Shown: piece by piece, positions 47,739 through 57,781 of the stretch | Numbering within the stretch: the stretch's first letter is position 1 | How the letters are laid out: every line of letters begins with the position of its first letter | Assembly (NCBI GenBank): GCA_012026655.1 | Contig: JAAILG010001536.1 | Coordinates: 1 to 64,000 of the forward strand | Direction of reading: 5' to 3' | Length of the DNA stretch: 64,000 nucleotides | Source of the DNA: Hydrolagus affinis | Lineage: Eukaryota | The notes under the pieces: model-generated | What the model saw: only the letters and a program-made list of their open reading frames with translations | The model's database searches: none | What the model was told of the DNA's origin: nothing | Translations under genes and position numbers: made by a program

Positions 47739-50700
47739 CTAGTTAAAGAAAATAATCAGCTGTTATATAGAAGCATTAACATGAAGAGACTCTTTAGACT
47801 ACTGAAAACGTATCTATATCTGATCCAAGAAAATACCAGTAAACAAAAAGTCACATTCAGAGGCTAGCAGAGACACTAACTGGAACAGGACTTATACTAA
47901 TATCAAAATTTTTTTTTTTTAGCAGAATCTTTAAACACAATAATTAATAACTCCAAAAGGCTTGCTAGCCCTATAGCAATCTGGGTGCAAATTGATCAGA
48001 TTTCTCCTCTTACAATGGAAATGGATTGACTTGGTGGGGACAAAGGTTTGACGAGATATTAAGATTCACCACAAGCAATTCTTTAAATAACAATCAAATT
48101 CCACTGCAACCATTATTTTACTTATGCATATTCATTCAAGATTCTATATCCACTATGCTTTAAATTAGTTGCAATCAAGATGCCATATATGGTTGCTCGT
48201 GAATGTAATCTTAACAACTCATACAGTTGTTACAATTGTAACTTCTTATAGACATAATTAAAATGGAAGACTGGGTGACAAGATTGTGATCTGTGTCCTA
48301 ATTATGTGCAGACTGATTCGATGCAAGTTCCCATTTCCTGATGACACCATTACTTCTCTGTGATGTGAATTTGTAAACCTGAAACCAATTACTTAATGCC
48401 TGTTGATTCAGAGCAGAAAACTGCTTCTGATTCACCACTAAGAATGATAATCGCTTGGAGGTTGCAAAGATGACAGCTGTGTGAAAATCACAATGGTCCT
48501 AGCTATTCCTTCTGATGTTTGGCTCTATGTGGAATTCTTTAGTTCAGTGGTTAGAACACTAAAAACCTTACTCCACATAACTGATAATAATCCCTCAAAA
48601 AAAACAATAATAAATAGGTCATTTCAATCCACGACTGTTTGTTATACACTGCTGTGCACATTTGGCTGCTGCGTTTTGCCCACAAACATACAATGAATTA
48701 ACTTTACAGTCTATTCAGTGAAGCACTTTGAGATGTCTAGAAGATGTGATAAGGCACTATATCTAATGCAAGAATCATTATGCACCACCTTGTGAGGATC
48801 TGTTCTCATAGAACGTTTACAGCAAAAGAAGACAATTCTGTCTGTGCTTGTGCTAGGTCTATATTAGAGATACCAGGAGATCTGGAGAAATCTGCAGATT
48901 TCCCATTCTCTAATCTTTCCCAATGTAGAATTACATAGAGTATACACTACAGCACAAAATAGGCCATTCAACCCAATTGGTCTATGCTGGTGTTTATGCT
49001 CTGCATGCTCCTGCCCTTCCTCAAATAAACTTCCTCAGAATAATCTTCTATTCCTTTCTCCCTCATTTATTTATCTAGCTTCCCGTTAAATAAATTTCAA
49101 CTACTCCTTGAGGTAGCACGTTTCCCATTCCTACTGTTCCCTGGGCAAAGACGTTTCTTCTGACCTCCCGATTGGATTCATTGATTTATTTACAGTATAT
49201 TCTGTCAAGCGCTTTGACATGTCTAGAAGATGTGAAAAGCGCTATATCAAATGAAGGATTATTATAATTGAAGATTATTACTTACGGGCCCCTCCCTGAT
49301 TTTGGTCTCCCTCCCAGACGATGTGGAAACATCGTCTCTATGTCTTACCCTATAATGTTATTATTATTATTATTATTATCGAAATCTTTCATAATTTTAA
49401 AGACCTATTAGGTCAGCCCTCACCCTTCCCTTTTCAAGCAAATAGAGTCCCAAGCTTGTTCAATCTTTCCTGATAGGTATAACCTTGCAGTTATATTCTT
49501 TTATATTCTTTTTCTTGAGACACTCTTTGGTAGCCTTGCTCAAATTATCCTTTATCATGTATGAATTTAGACAGTGAGTTGTCAGCAGTTTATTCAACTA
49601 AGTGGTTGATTCAGAGCAACTCAACCTAATCCTGGGAGGGAGGGAAGAGGTTAATTGTAGCAATCCTAGCTGAGGTGACTTATTTTTATCACAGCTCAAG
49701 GATTAACCCTGCACTTTTAGCCTAAATATTAACATTTTTTGAAAAAAAAACACGTGTAACTTGTTTTAATTTATAATCTTATCCTGGATGTCAATTTGGT
49801 TCCTTTCCCATTGCCATCACCGTCGCAAAATTTAAGAATTTACCTTGTTCGCTTCCATGTTGGGTTGGCCATGCAATAAGATGAGCTGCACGGTTAACTG
49901 TGGTTCTGCCTTTGGATGGCAAAGGAAACCTGTCACCTGAACATCACAAACACACAGGATTAATAGACATTCTTGCAATATTAAGCATGAGATCCACATG
50001 CAATGGACCTGTCTTTCGGATGAGATATTAACGATCGGACGTTAAAGATCCCATGTCACTATTCGGGTGGCAAACGAATCCCTCTAATAAAATTGGTCAC
50101 TCACTCCACGGCTGTTTGTGGGACCTTGCTGTACACAATTGGCTGCCACTTTTGCCTCAAATATACAGTCACTCCATTTTACAGTAAACCCTGTGAAATG
50201 TTTTTGGGATGTCCCTCCAATGTGCTGACGCTCTATACCAAATATAAGAATTATTAGTATTTGTTACCATATTTAATTATTGTGTACAACTGGAACTCTC
50301 GGCTGATTGCAGACAGCACAGCAATGTACAATGCTCAGCTCATAGTGTGGTAAGTGCACAAGTGCCAGGCAATGTAAATACATTGACAGGGCTATGCAGA
50401 ATGTGTAAACATGATCAGGAAGTGGCCACTACACAGGGAACGTCTGTCAGATCTCCATTCAGAATTTGTCTACATAAAATATTTAGTAATTTAAAAAAAA
50501 CATAATTTAGTAAACCAAAGATCAGAACTTAACCTTGACTGATTTTAAAACACCTCATGTGTGTTGGAATGGTAATACTTATTAGTATTTGGGTATTTTG
50601 TTAGACAAAGTACCTGTAGCTCATTTAGAGGAAACCATTGTGGACTTGACCAGCTCTACCCACAGATATTTAACGTGCTGTCAGCTGATGGTGTAGCAGT

Positions 50701-53700
50701 ACTTTGGCCTGCTCTGATATGATGTCCCAACTGATGTGGTGGTATAACAGTGGTTGAATCGTAGGCCACAGGATGTACGTGCAATGGCAATGTTGTGAAA
50801 GGGGATAACTACAATATGAAATTGACTCGAACACATCAATTGGCAAATAGAAAATTAACCCAGCACGGTTATCTTTTGTATATCTGTCAGAAATATGGTA
50901 GTGATTATACCTGATTATTTCAAAGTTTAGCACATGTATGTGTTTAAAGAATATTTGTAGAAATTTTGTTTAGAAAGCGACCTCATAGATAAAGACACAG
51001 ATACAGATTTAATAAAAATCTTCCTGACGGTTTAGAAGATTATTGAATCAGAATTTGATTGAATAGACAGGAAGAATGTCCAGCATTTGGCTTTATCATC
51101 TTAGGCGATACAAGTTCTGAATTTATATACTGTAATCTAGTTCCCATTTGATCTGTTTTTATCATGTTCAATCTAGTTGCAGTGTGGTTCAGTTTGGTTT
51201 TAAGTCAAGGTACAGCCATCTATGGGCATCTTGTTTCTCCTGAAGACATGAAAATGCTTTGTGGTATATGCTTTATCCTTTTGAAGTCTATTCAACTGCA
51301 TCTTAAATAACTGGATGTGGCTTTTTATTTTGTTTTAACATCTAGGCTGCAATTAATTGTGCTGCATTGAAATACCTTTGCAAAATGCCAGCCAGATTGA
51401 TGCCTGAAATTGGATTAGCGTTTTATAGGCGTAGTTGTGCTGTAAAATTCAGCGGTAAACCAAAGAAAATTGAGACTTGAGATGTGTTAGTTATTATCGT
51501 TGCTAACTTTTGTCTCCCCATTTCTATTGTATGTGTGATGTAAGACTTCACTGTATGTGATTAACAAATGCAATTTATTTAATTTACGAAGGTTATTTTG
51601 ATGTTAAAGGATCCAAGTCCTGTTCGAAAGCTTCAAAAGAACAGTGACCACATGTTCAAAGCAAGGCAGAATAGTTTTTTATTTTCACAAATATTTTTGG
51701 GACAGTATCAAAAAAAGGATCTTAGCCATGCCTTTAAGCTTTTTTAAAAAAAACTGTAAAACTGGTATTGTAGAATTGAAGAATTTGGCTAAGCATTCCT
51801 TTCATAAACAAATGCACTCTATCATATGGGGATTTGTAAAGATATTCATAAATATCGAACCCTACAGGTACGCTGGACTGTCTCACACTGACCCAATAGA
51901 ACTTTGCTTGGGTGCCAATCTGTGCCAGTTCCCTGCTGGGTATCGGGAATCTCCTTCAGCCACAATCTGATCTCACGGAAATCAGGAATGAAATCAGTGG
52001 AGATCTAGCGGGTTGACACGAGACACAATTAGACTACGTGCAGGATTCAGTCTATGTAAATTAAGTCCCAATGTAGTAGCCACTTTGAAACATATGGAGA
52101 ATAATACACAAAAATAGATGGTACCTTTCTGCATGTCAGCTTGTGATTCTTCATTTGTATGCTGAAAAATTGAAATGACATATCATTAGCATCTAAAATC
52201 AGGATAAAAATCAAAGATAGCAGCACTCAATGAGAAAGGGTTATTTATTGCATCAAGCTTTCACATCACAGATACAGACTCTACAACAAAAAATTGGGTT
52301 TCACACATCATTTTGCCCTTTATAGTTTCATGCCTTCCTCCAATCCTAACATGATATTTGTCTAACTGTTCAAAAAAAAATCTTGCTCATCCAAATAGCA
52401 TTAACCGCGTTAGCAGGAGACTGACTATTCCAGGTATTTCTTACTCTTTCAGGGATACAAAATACTCTTATTTCAAATATTTCTGAAAGGGTTTAAAAAT
52501 GGGTTTAAAAATTTATTGAGGAGGACCCAGTATGGATCGCTGTTTTCCATGAGCCCAGCACAGACACAATGGGTTGAATGGCCCCCTTCTGTGCTGAATA
52601 ATTCTATGATTCGATTAATTCATTCTACCTTACAAAATACTTTACAATATGATTTGTAACACTGTAGCATTGCTTTGACAGGGATGTGGGGGAGCAATTA
52701 TTATTGAATTATTTGTAATTACGTGTCCAGTTACTTGAAAATGACTATAGTTAATGGAGAAATTATACTATTACTTAGTATATTACTGAATCATACAAAA
52801 CTGCATATGAATTAACACCTGAATGAGTTAGCTGATTCGATCAGTTATTTTTGAAACAATTGCTTCAGTTCACCTCTGTTTTTCATTCACAAAAAATATT
52901 CATTCCTGCTTCTTCTTTAAATTAGTTTACTATTTGAAGGAGAAAATAGTCTGGAACAGTTGTTGGATTCATTCCTTGAATCTTTCAAGAAAGTAGAGGA
53001 AGAGTACGCAGGGTATCCATCATTATAAAGTAAAAATGAATGTAAAAATATCTGGTAATACCAGGATTTTAGCCATTCCCACTTTGTTCTTCATTCGATA
53101 TGTTAAACTGGATTCAAAGAAACCATTCAAAACATTGCATTTAATTATATTATTCTATATTTGGTATGGAACACTAAGGCACACAAAAAAATATAAATAC
53201 TGTACACGCCAAAGTCAGGACCACTATTTCCGCTTTAAAATGCTTTCTGTGTTGCATGTAAATAGATGTGAAAATAGTAGAAACGTATCTGTAATCCAGT
53301 TTATCATCATATTTTCCCTTGCAAAATATAGTCACTGTTTTATAGTATATCCTGTGAAGCGGTTTGAGACATCATCCCAACATGAAAGGCACTATCTCAA
53401 TTGCAAATTTTATTGTTAAATTATGTTGTATAAGAATTTACATTTCTAAAGTTGCAGCATATCAACAAAGAGTGATACTTTATGCTGAATTCAAATCTAT
53501 TCTTCACCAACTATGGTTTCTTTGTAATTCTCTTTTGAATTTCAACTGACTTTTTAATACATTGTTATTAATGTTTCTGTGCATATTCATAGGTCTGATA
53601 TCTTAATTAAAAAAAATGAATACATGACATTTCTAATTAATTTTAAAAGCATAATAATTTCAACACATCACACGAAAGCCACAAGTATTTTCTTACCTTT

Positions 53701-53861
53701 CCTTCGAGTTTCATGGAGAAGTACACATAAAGGAAGGCACTCGAAATCATATGTGCCAGCAACATTGCAGCAATAAAATATATAAAAATTCTGACAGATA
53801 AAGATGGCTGGTGCTCACAATGCTTTGCTTGATGCGTTGACTTGTTGCATGTTTCACTCAT
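47329..53861 (-). CDS. CD40LG: CD40 ligand (CD154, TNFSF5), type II membrane TNF-superfamily ligand
   Basis: Exon 1 has a short tail and TM helix, exon 3 ends MQK-G, exon 4 has AAHLIA and exon 5 has the TNF domain, the same exon phases as CD40LG. Convergent with ARHGEF6 as at human Xq26. Exons 1+3+4+5 give 705 nt in frame (234 aa). Confidence 0.88.
48531..48781 (+). mobile_element. SINE copy in CD40LG intron 4 (antisense to the gene)
   Basis: TAGTTCAGTGGTTAGAACACT head with deletion, core GTGCACATTTGGCTGCTGCGTTTTGCCC, tail. Confidence 0.82.
48925..49490 (-). mobile_element. CR1 LINE 3' fragment interrupted by a SINE tail (about 49185-49266)
   Basis: ACAGCACAAAATAGGCCATTCAACCC is the reverse complement of a CR1 tail; CATAATTTTAAAGACCTATTAGGTCAGCCCT is the reverse complement of RGDLIEVFKIM-like coding. 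Confidence 0.65.
49844..49936 (-). CDS. CD40LG: CD40LG exon 4 (first strand of TNF domain)
   Basis: gttcag|(G)DRFPLPSKGRTTVNRAAHLIAWPTQHGSEQ+G|gtaaat; 93 nt. Confidence 0.9.
52125..52161 (-). CDS. CD40LG: CD40LG exon 3
   Basis: tttttcag|HTNEESQADMQK+G|gtacca; 37 nt, phase 0 to 1. Confidence 0.85.
52850..52981 (-). pseudogene. CD40LG: Degenerate homolog of CD40LG exon 2 (stalk exon) with in-frame stops; 3' boundary uncertain
   Basis: Good acceptor (tactcttcctctactttcttgaaag|) then IQGMNPTTVPDYFLLQIVN*FKEEAGMNIFCE*; first TAA at 52924-52922. Confidence 0.55.
53697..53861 (-). CDS. CD40LG: CD40LG exon 1 (cytoplasmic tail and transmembrane helix)
   Basis: MSETCNKSTHQAKHCEHQPSLSVRIFIYFIAAMLLAHMISSAFLYVYFSMKLEGK|gtaaga, phase 0. 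An in-frame upstream ATG at 53891 could add 10 aa. Confidence 0.9.
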
Positions 53862-53954
53862 TTTATCAACCAAGCCAGATACAGTTAGCATGATGTTCGC
53901 TTGCACACTGGAGCCAGTGCAGAGCAGTATTCACTCTTTTGTTATCCTCACACC

Positions 53955-54010
53955 TTTCAGGAAACAAAATGTTATACAGCAGATTTCTTAGAACCCACAC
54001 TTCCTGGAAA
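53955..54010 (-). promoter_or_regulatory. CD40LG proximal promoter core: NFAT/GAS/ETS/RUNX composite site, second GAS site, TATA-like element
   Basis: Minus strand reads TTTCCAGGAAGTGTGGG (54010-53994), then TTCTAAGAA (53993-53985), GTATAAC (53977-53971) and TTTCC near 53960, about 100-150 bp upstream of the ATG. Confidence 0.7.
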
Positions 54011-55574
54011 CTATGCCTCGTGTTGGTCGGTCTATTAGGGTAGACTTTGCTAAAGACACTTTGGGGTGCTCTGAATTTCCTATCATAAGTCTTTTTCGAT
54101 TCCACCCCACCCCACGCGCACTTCCCACCTCCCACTACAATAGGCAATAAAATGCTTTTAGACCATCATTGACACCTTTTATTCAAATGATCAGTTTTAT
54201 AACTTTGTGACACTGACTGTTCTAATCGTTTGATTAATGTACATTTCCTGTCTAACCTGCCTTTTCCTGTGAGGAGTTGCTTGAGAATTTTTTCAACATT
54301 ACATTTCGGAACAATGGTATACCTATGAACTTCTGTTACATAGTGTTGTAGGGCTATCATGTCAATACAACAGCTTTTGTGGGAGATGTTGACATATTTG
54401 TACACAGTGACATATTTGTACACTGTTGCATGCTTCAGGATCAGGGTAGTTTGTTGATCGCTTTGGAGGTTGAGAAATGGGGATGGAATAGTGTTACTGA
54501 AGTTGCTGTTTATCAGAAAATACAGTTTGAATAAATTATTATTTGTCTGCCTATACCAGGAGTTTATTATTTAAGTGGATCTCACATTTTGTTAAGATTT
54601 CTACCTTGCAAGCAATTCATGTGTGAGTGTTTTTGTGCAGTTATCATGAACCAATTTGAACATTTGTGAAATTTCCCAAAAGGCACAAAGTTTGTAGTTT
54701 GTAGAATTATACCCAAATGTTGTACAAGGCTGCAAAACCACCAGAACAATAAAACTGCTATTGTTGTTGTGATGTATGGTTTGAAGCTTGTGTTTAATTT
54801 ACCCTCTCTGTGTTTATTTTTGTTCCACTTGGTACTTTACTTTTTCAAAAAGATAAATTCCGTCTGGTACTTTTTTCAAAAATATAAATTGTTGAGCCTT
54901 GTTTTAACTACAGTATGTATTAGTAAAAGTAAGCGCTTTAAAAATAGCTCCATGGGACACATAGTTGTTGGTTACAATAACAACTTACAATTATATAGCA
55001 CCCTTCACGCTGGACGGCGTCTCAGAGCGCTTACTTTACAGTTACTGTGGCTAGTTAAAACCTGCTTTAACAGAATAGTTCGACTGCTGCTGCTCCTGCT
55101 AATTCATGCTGCTAATGAAGCAGCATGAATTGCCCCAGAATTTAAATAACTACAGTGAAAGTAAAAGTGTCACCTGTCTGCAGCTTTAGTTACCACATAA
55201 TGACTTGAATCACATGACATGCTCCAGATAATCAGAATGTCCACATAAAAAGAAATTCACTTCTTTAGAATAGAGACTGGTACCACTGAAGACTTTATGT
55301 CTTCATATCTTTCCTAACTTTCCTGTTACTGGGTCTTCTGAAAGATTTCTCAGAAACCATCTTCAAAGCTACAATTTACCCTCATGTATATGTAGACATT
55401 AAGCTAAATCTCTTCATTCTCCTCAGCCCTGCTACTGACTATGACTGAGTACACTTTGACTCTATTCACCTTATGAAATTGACTAATTGATTTTTAAGCA
55501 AGCAAGCAAAATCTCTATGGTTGAGAGTTCCTAAAGGTATCAAATTGGCAGAACTTGCTCTTATTTCAATCTGC

Positions 55575-55850
55575 CGACCACCCACCCCACCATCGGTGGG
55601 CGAGCCTTCAGCCACTCTGCCCTTAACCTCTGGAATGCCATCCCACATTCCCTCCACCTCGCCCCCTCCCTAGCCTCCTTCAAATCCCGCCTCAAAACCC
55701 TCCTCTTCGATGGTCCCTTTGGTCACCCCAAATCCCCTCCTTTCCCTCTACCCTCCCAACCCCAGCTCAGGTTTGAAACATTCATTGTCCAGCACCTTGG
55801 GACATCCTCCCAACATAAAAGGAGCTATACAAATTAATTTTGTTGTTGTT
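55575..55850 (+). mobile_element. L2 LINE 3' end
   Basis: GGGCGAGCCTTCAGCCACTCTGCCCTTAACCTCTGGAATGCC (GRAFSHSALNLWNAIP) ... GCTATACAAATTAATTTTGTTGTTG. Confidence 0.82.
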
Positions 55851-57507
55851 AATTTAGTCATGGGTCTCAAGCACTTTTTTTTAAAAAGTGCTTAAGTTGA
55901 ATGAATCTGCTTACTTAATGTGAATAGAGAAAATCAGTATTTGCATACTGTACAGTGAAACTAACATTTTGTAACGTGCTTCAACTGTAAAAAATAAACC
56001 ACTTCAAAAATCATTGAGCTACCACTATATGAATCACTTGATAGTCTTTGTGCCTGGGTATTGAAATCAGTATGTCGCCTCACCTCCTCAGCCGTGCAGT
56101 AACACTGCTGTCATTTCTGCTGTTAAGATAACTTAGAGATTTTATTCAACTAAATTCTATCTTGAGGTGCTGTTGCTGTTATTCATACCCACACTAGTTA
56201 CCTTTTGTGCTTGAAATTGGGAATGGAATCCTGAAGTGTCAGGTTTATATCCATTATCCCACATTTCCAGAGATGTCATTGGTGTCTTCAGAGGCTTGGA
56301 GAATCTTGAGTCCACTAAGACTTCATCAGCATTGTGAAATTGACTCATTATTTTTTTAAGTGAGATGCACAAGCAAAAGTATCAAATTGGTGTCTTGCTC
56401 TTAATTAGTTGGGAGTGTCAAGCCCTCTATACAAAGGGTTATGTGTTAATACAAGTTGTTGTTAATTTTTTTAAAGATGCTTAAGCTGAACATAGTTGAT
56501 CCATGTTGGTCCACACGGAGTTATTTTTGACGCGTCACATGATGTTGATGGTAGATCAGTAAAAGTGGTCCGATAACGCAGGCAATTTTCAAGTGAAATC
56601 ATCACATCCCAACCCACAGTAAGGCGACATTCACAGTAACCCGTCGTCCATCTACACGTTATAAGAAGAGTTGCAAGGAAACGAGTGTCGTAGGCAAAGA
56701 TGTGCTGTTGATCCACCTTGTGGCTTCAAACCTAGGCACTGTACCACACAGCTGCAGGTAATAACCGTGAACAAAGAGATAAGATATTTTACTCATCAAC
56801 ATAAGAACCACATTAAACTAGCTACAAATGTATGTAGGTGTGCTGCAGTGTGCCTGCATACGGCTTTACCTTCTTACCTGCATTGAACTATAGGCGAGAG
56901 ATTATGGCTTCAATAGCTCACTTTACAAAAAAAATTAAATGAGACAATATTGTTGTAAATAACAACCGCAGATATGGGTGGTTGTGAGGCTAGAATTCAA
57001 CTGCAACAAAATTAAATTTGCAAGGTTTATCCGTACATAAACTACATTCATCAGATTGCTATTACAGCGAGACATTATTCTGTAAAGAACTGCAACCTAC
57101 ACAGAGGGAACACAAGGTCAGGTGGATTCACAGAACAGATGCTGCCTAATAAAAATATTGATAGCCACAGGGACTATATGAAACCCATCACAACCTCACA
57201 AAAGGAAATCTGAATTGAAATCGACTGCATTCAGTGAATGGTCAATTTAGCTGTTCATAGCTAGAAATAACATATGGAGTAGTATGGTAACTGTACACAT
57301 ATACTTTATTATGAATCAGATGAATCATTAACATGTGGTCGCTATATGCATAGATTGACTATAAGGTTTTCCATACTCATGATATAAAAAAAGTTAACAA
57401 CCAGTGAAGAAGCTCATGCAGTCAATCCACTTTACAGTATGTTCAGTGAAGCGCTTTAGATGCCTCGAAAATGTGACAAGGCGTTTAATCAAATGAAAGG
57501 ATTATTA

Positions 57508-57607
57508 NNNNNNNNNNNNNNNNNNNNNNNNNNNNNNNNNNNNNNNNNNNNNNNNNNNNNNNNNNNNNNNNNNNNNNNNNNNNNNNNNNNNNNNNNNNNN
57601 NNNNNNN
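57508..57607. other. Assembly gap (100 N)
   Basis: Run of N between a SINE tail and an L2 3' end. Confidence 0.99.
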
Positions 57608-57781
57608 CGTGCCTTTTGTTCCACCCCGAATTTTTCAACCTCCCCTTCGTGTTTCACCCCCGCCCAAACACTCCCCTCCCAGCTCAGGTCACACTCCCCC
57701 TGTGCAGCGCCTTGGGACGTCCTCCCGACGTGAAAGGCGCTCTATAAATGTAATTTGTTGTTGTTGTTGTTGTTGTTGTTA
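57608..57781 (+). mobile_element. Young L2 LINE 3' end adjoining the assembly gap
   Basis: GCAGCGCCTTGGGACGTCCTCCCGACGTGAAAGGCGCTCTATAAATGTAATTTG followed by (TTG)n. Confidence 0.82.

Noticed and set aside
53070-53107. Alternative CD40LG exon-2 candidate after the acceptor gaatccag
   Set aside because: Phase 0 reading stops after 12 codons with no usable in-phase donor and no resemblance to the stalk.
47329-53861. Calling the TNF ligand TRAIL (TNFSF10) or RANKL (TNFSF11)
   Set aside because: Exon 1 sequence, the MQK-GD junction, VTDP motif, promoter element and synteny fit CD40LG better.
54391-54426. Short tandem duplications (GACATATTTGTACAC twice; GGGTTTAAAAAT twice near 52488-52512; about 70-bp duplication at 13215-13330)
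   Set aside because: Two-copy local duplications consistent with slippage; no spacer structure or CRISPR-like organisation.
56157-56372. Minus-strand ORF with DEVLVDSRFSKPL, faintly like the VGLL TDU motif VVDEHFSRAL (VGLL1 neighbours CD40LG in human)
   Set aside because: The EH core and preceding CVLFTYFQG are missing, there is no good acceptor, and no room for the remaining exons; probably chance. A tBLASTn with VGLL1 would settle it.
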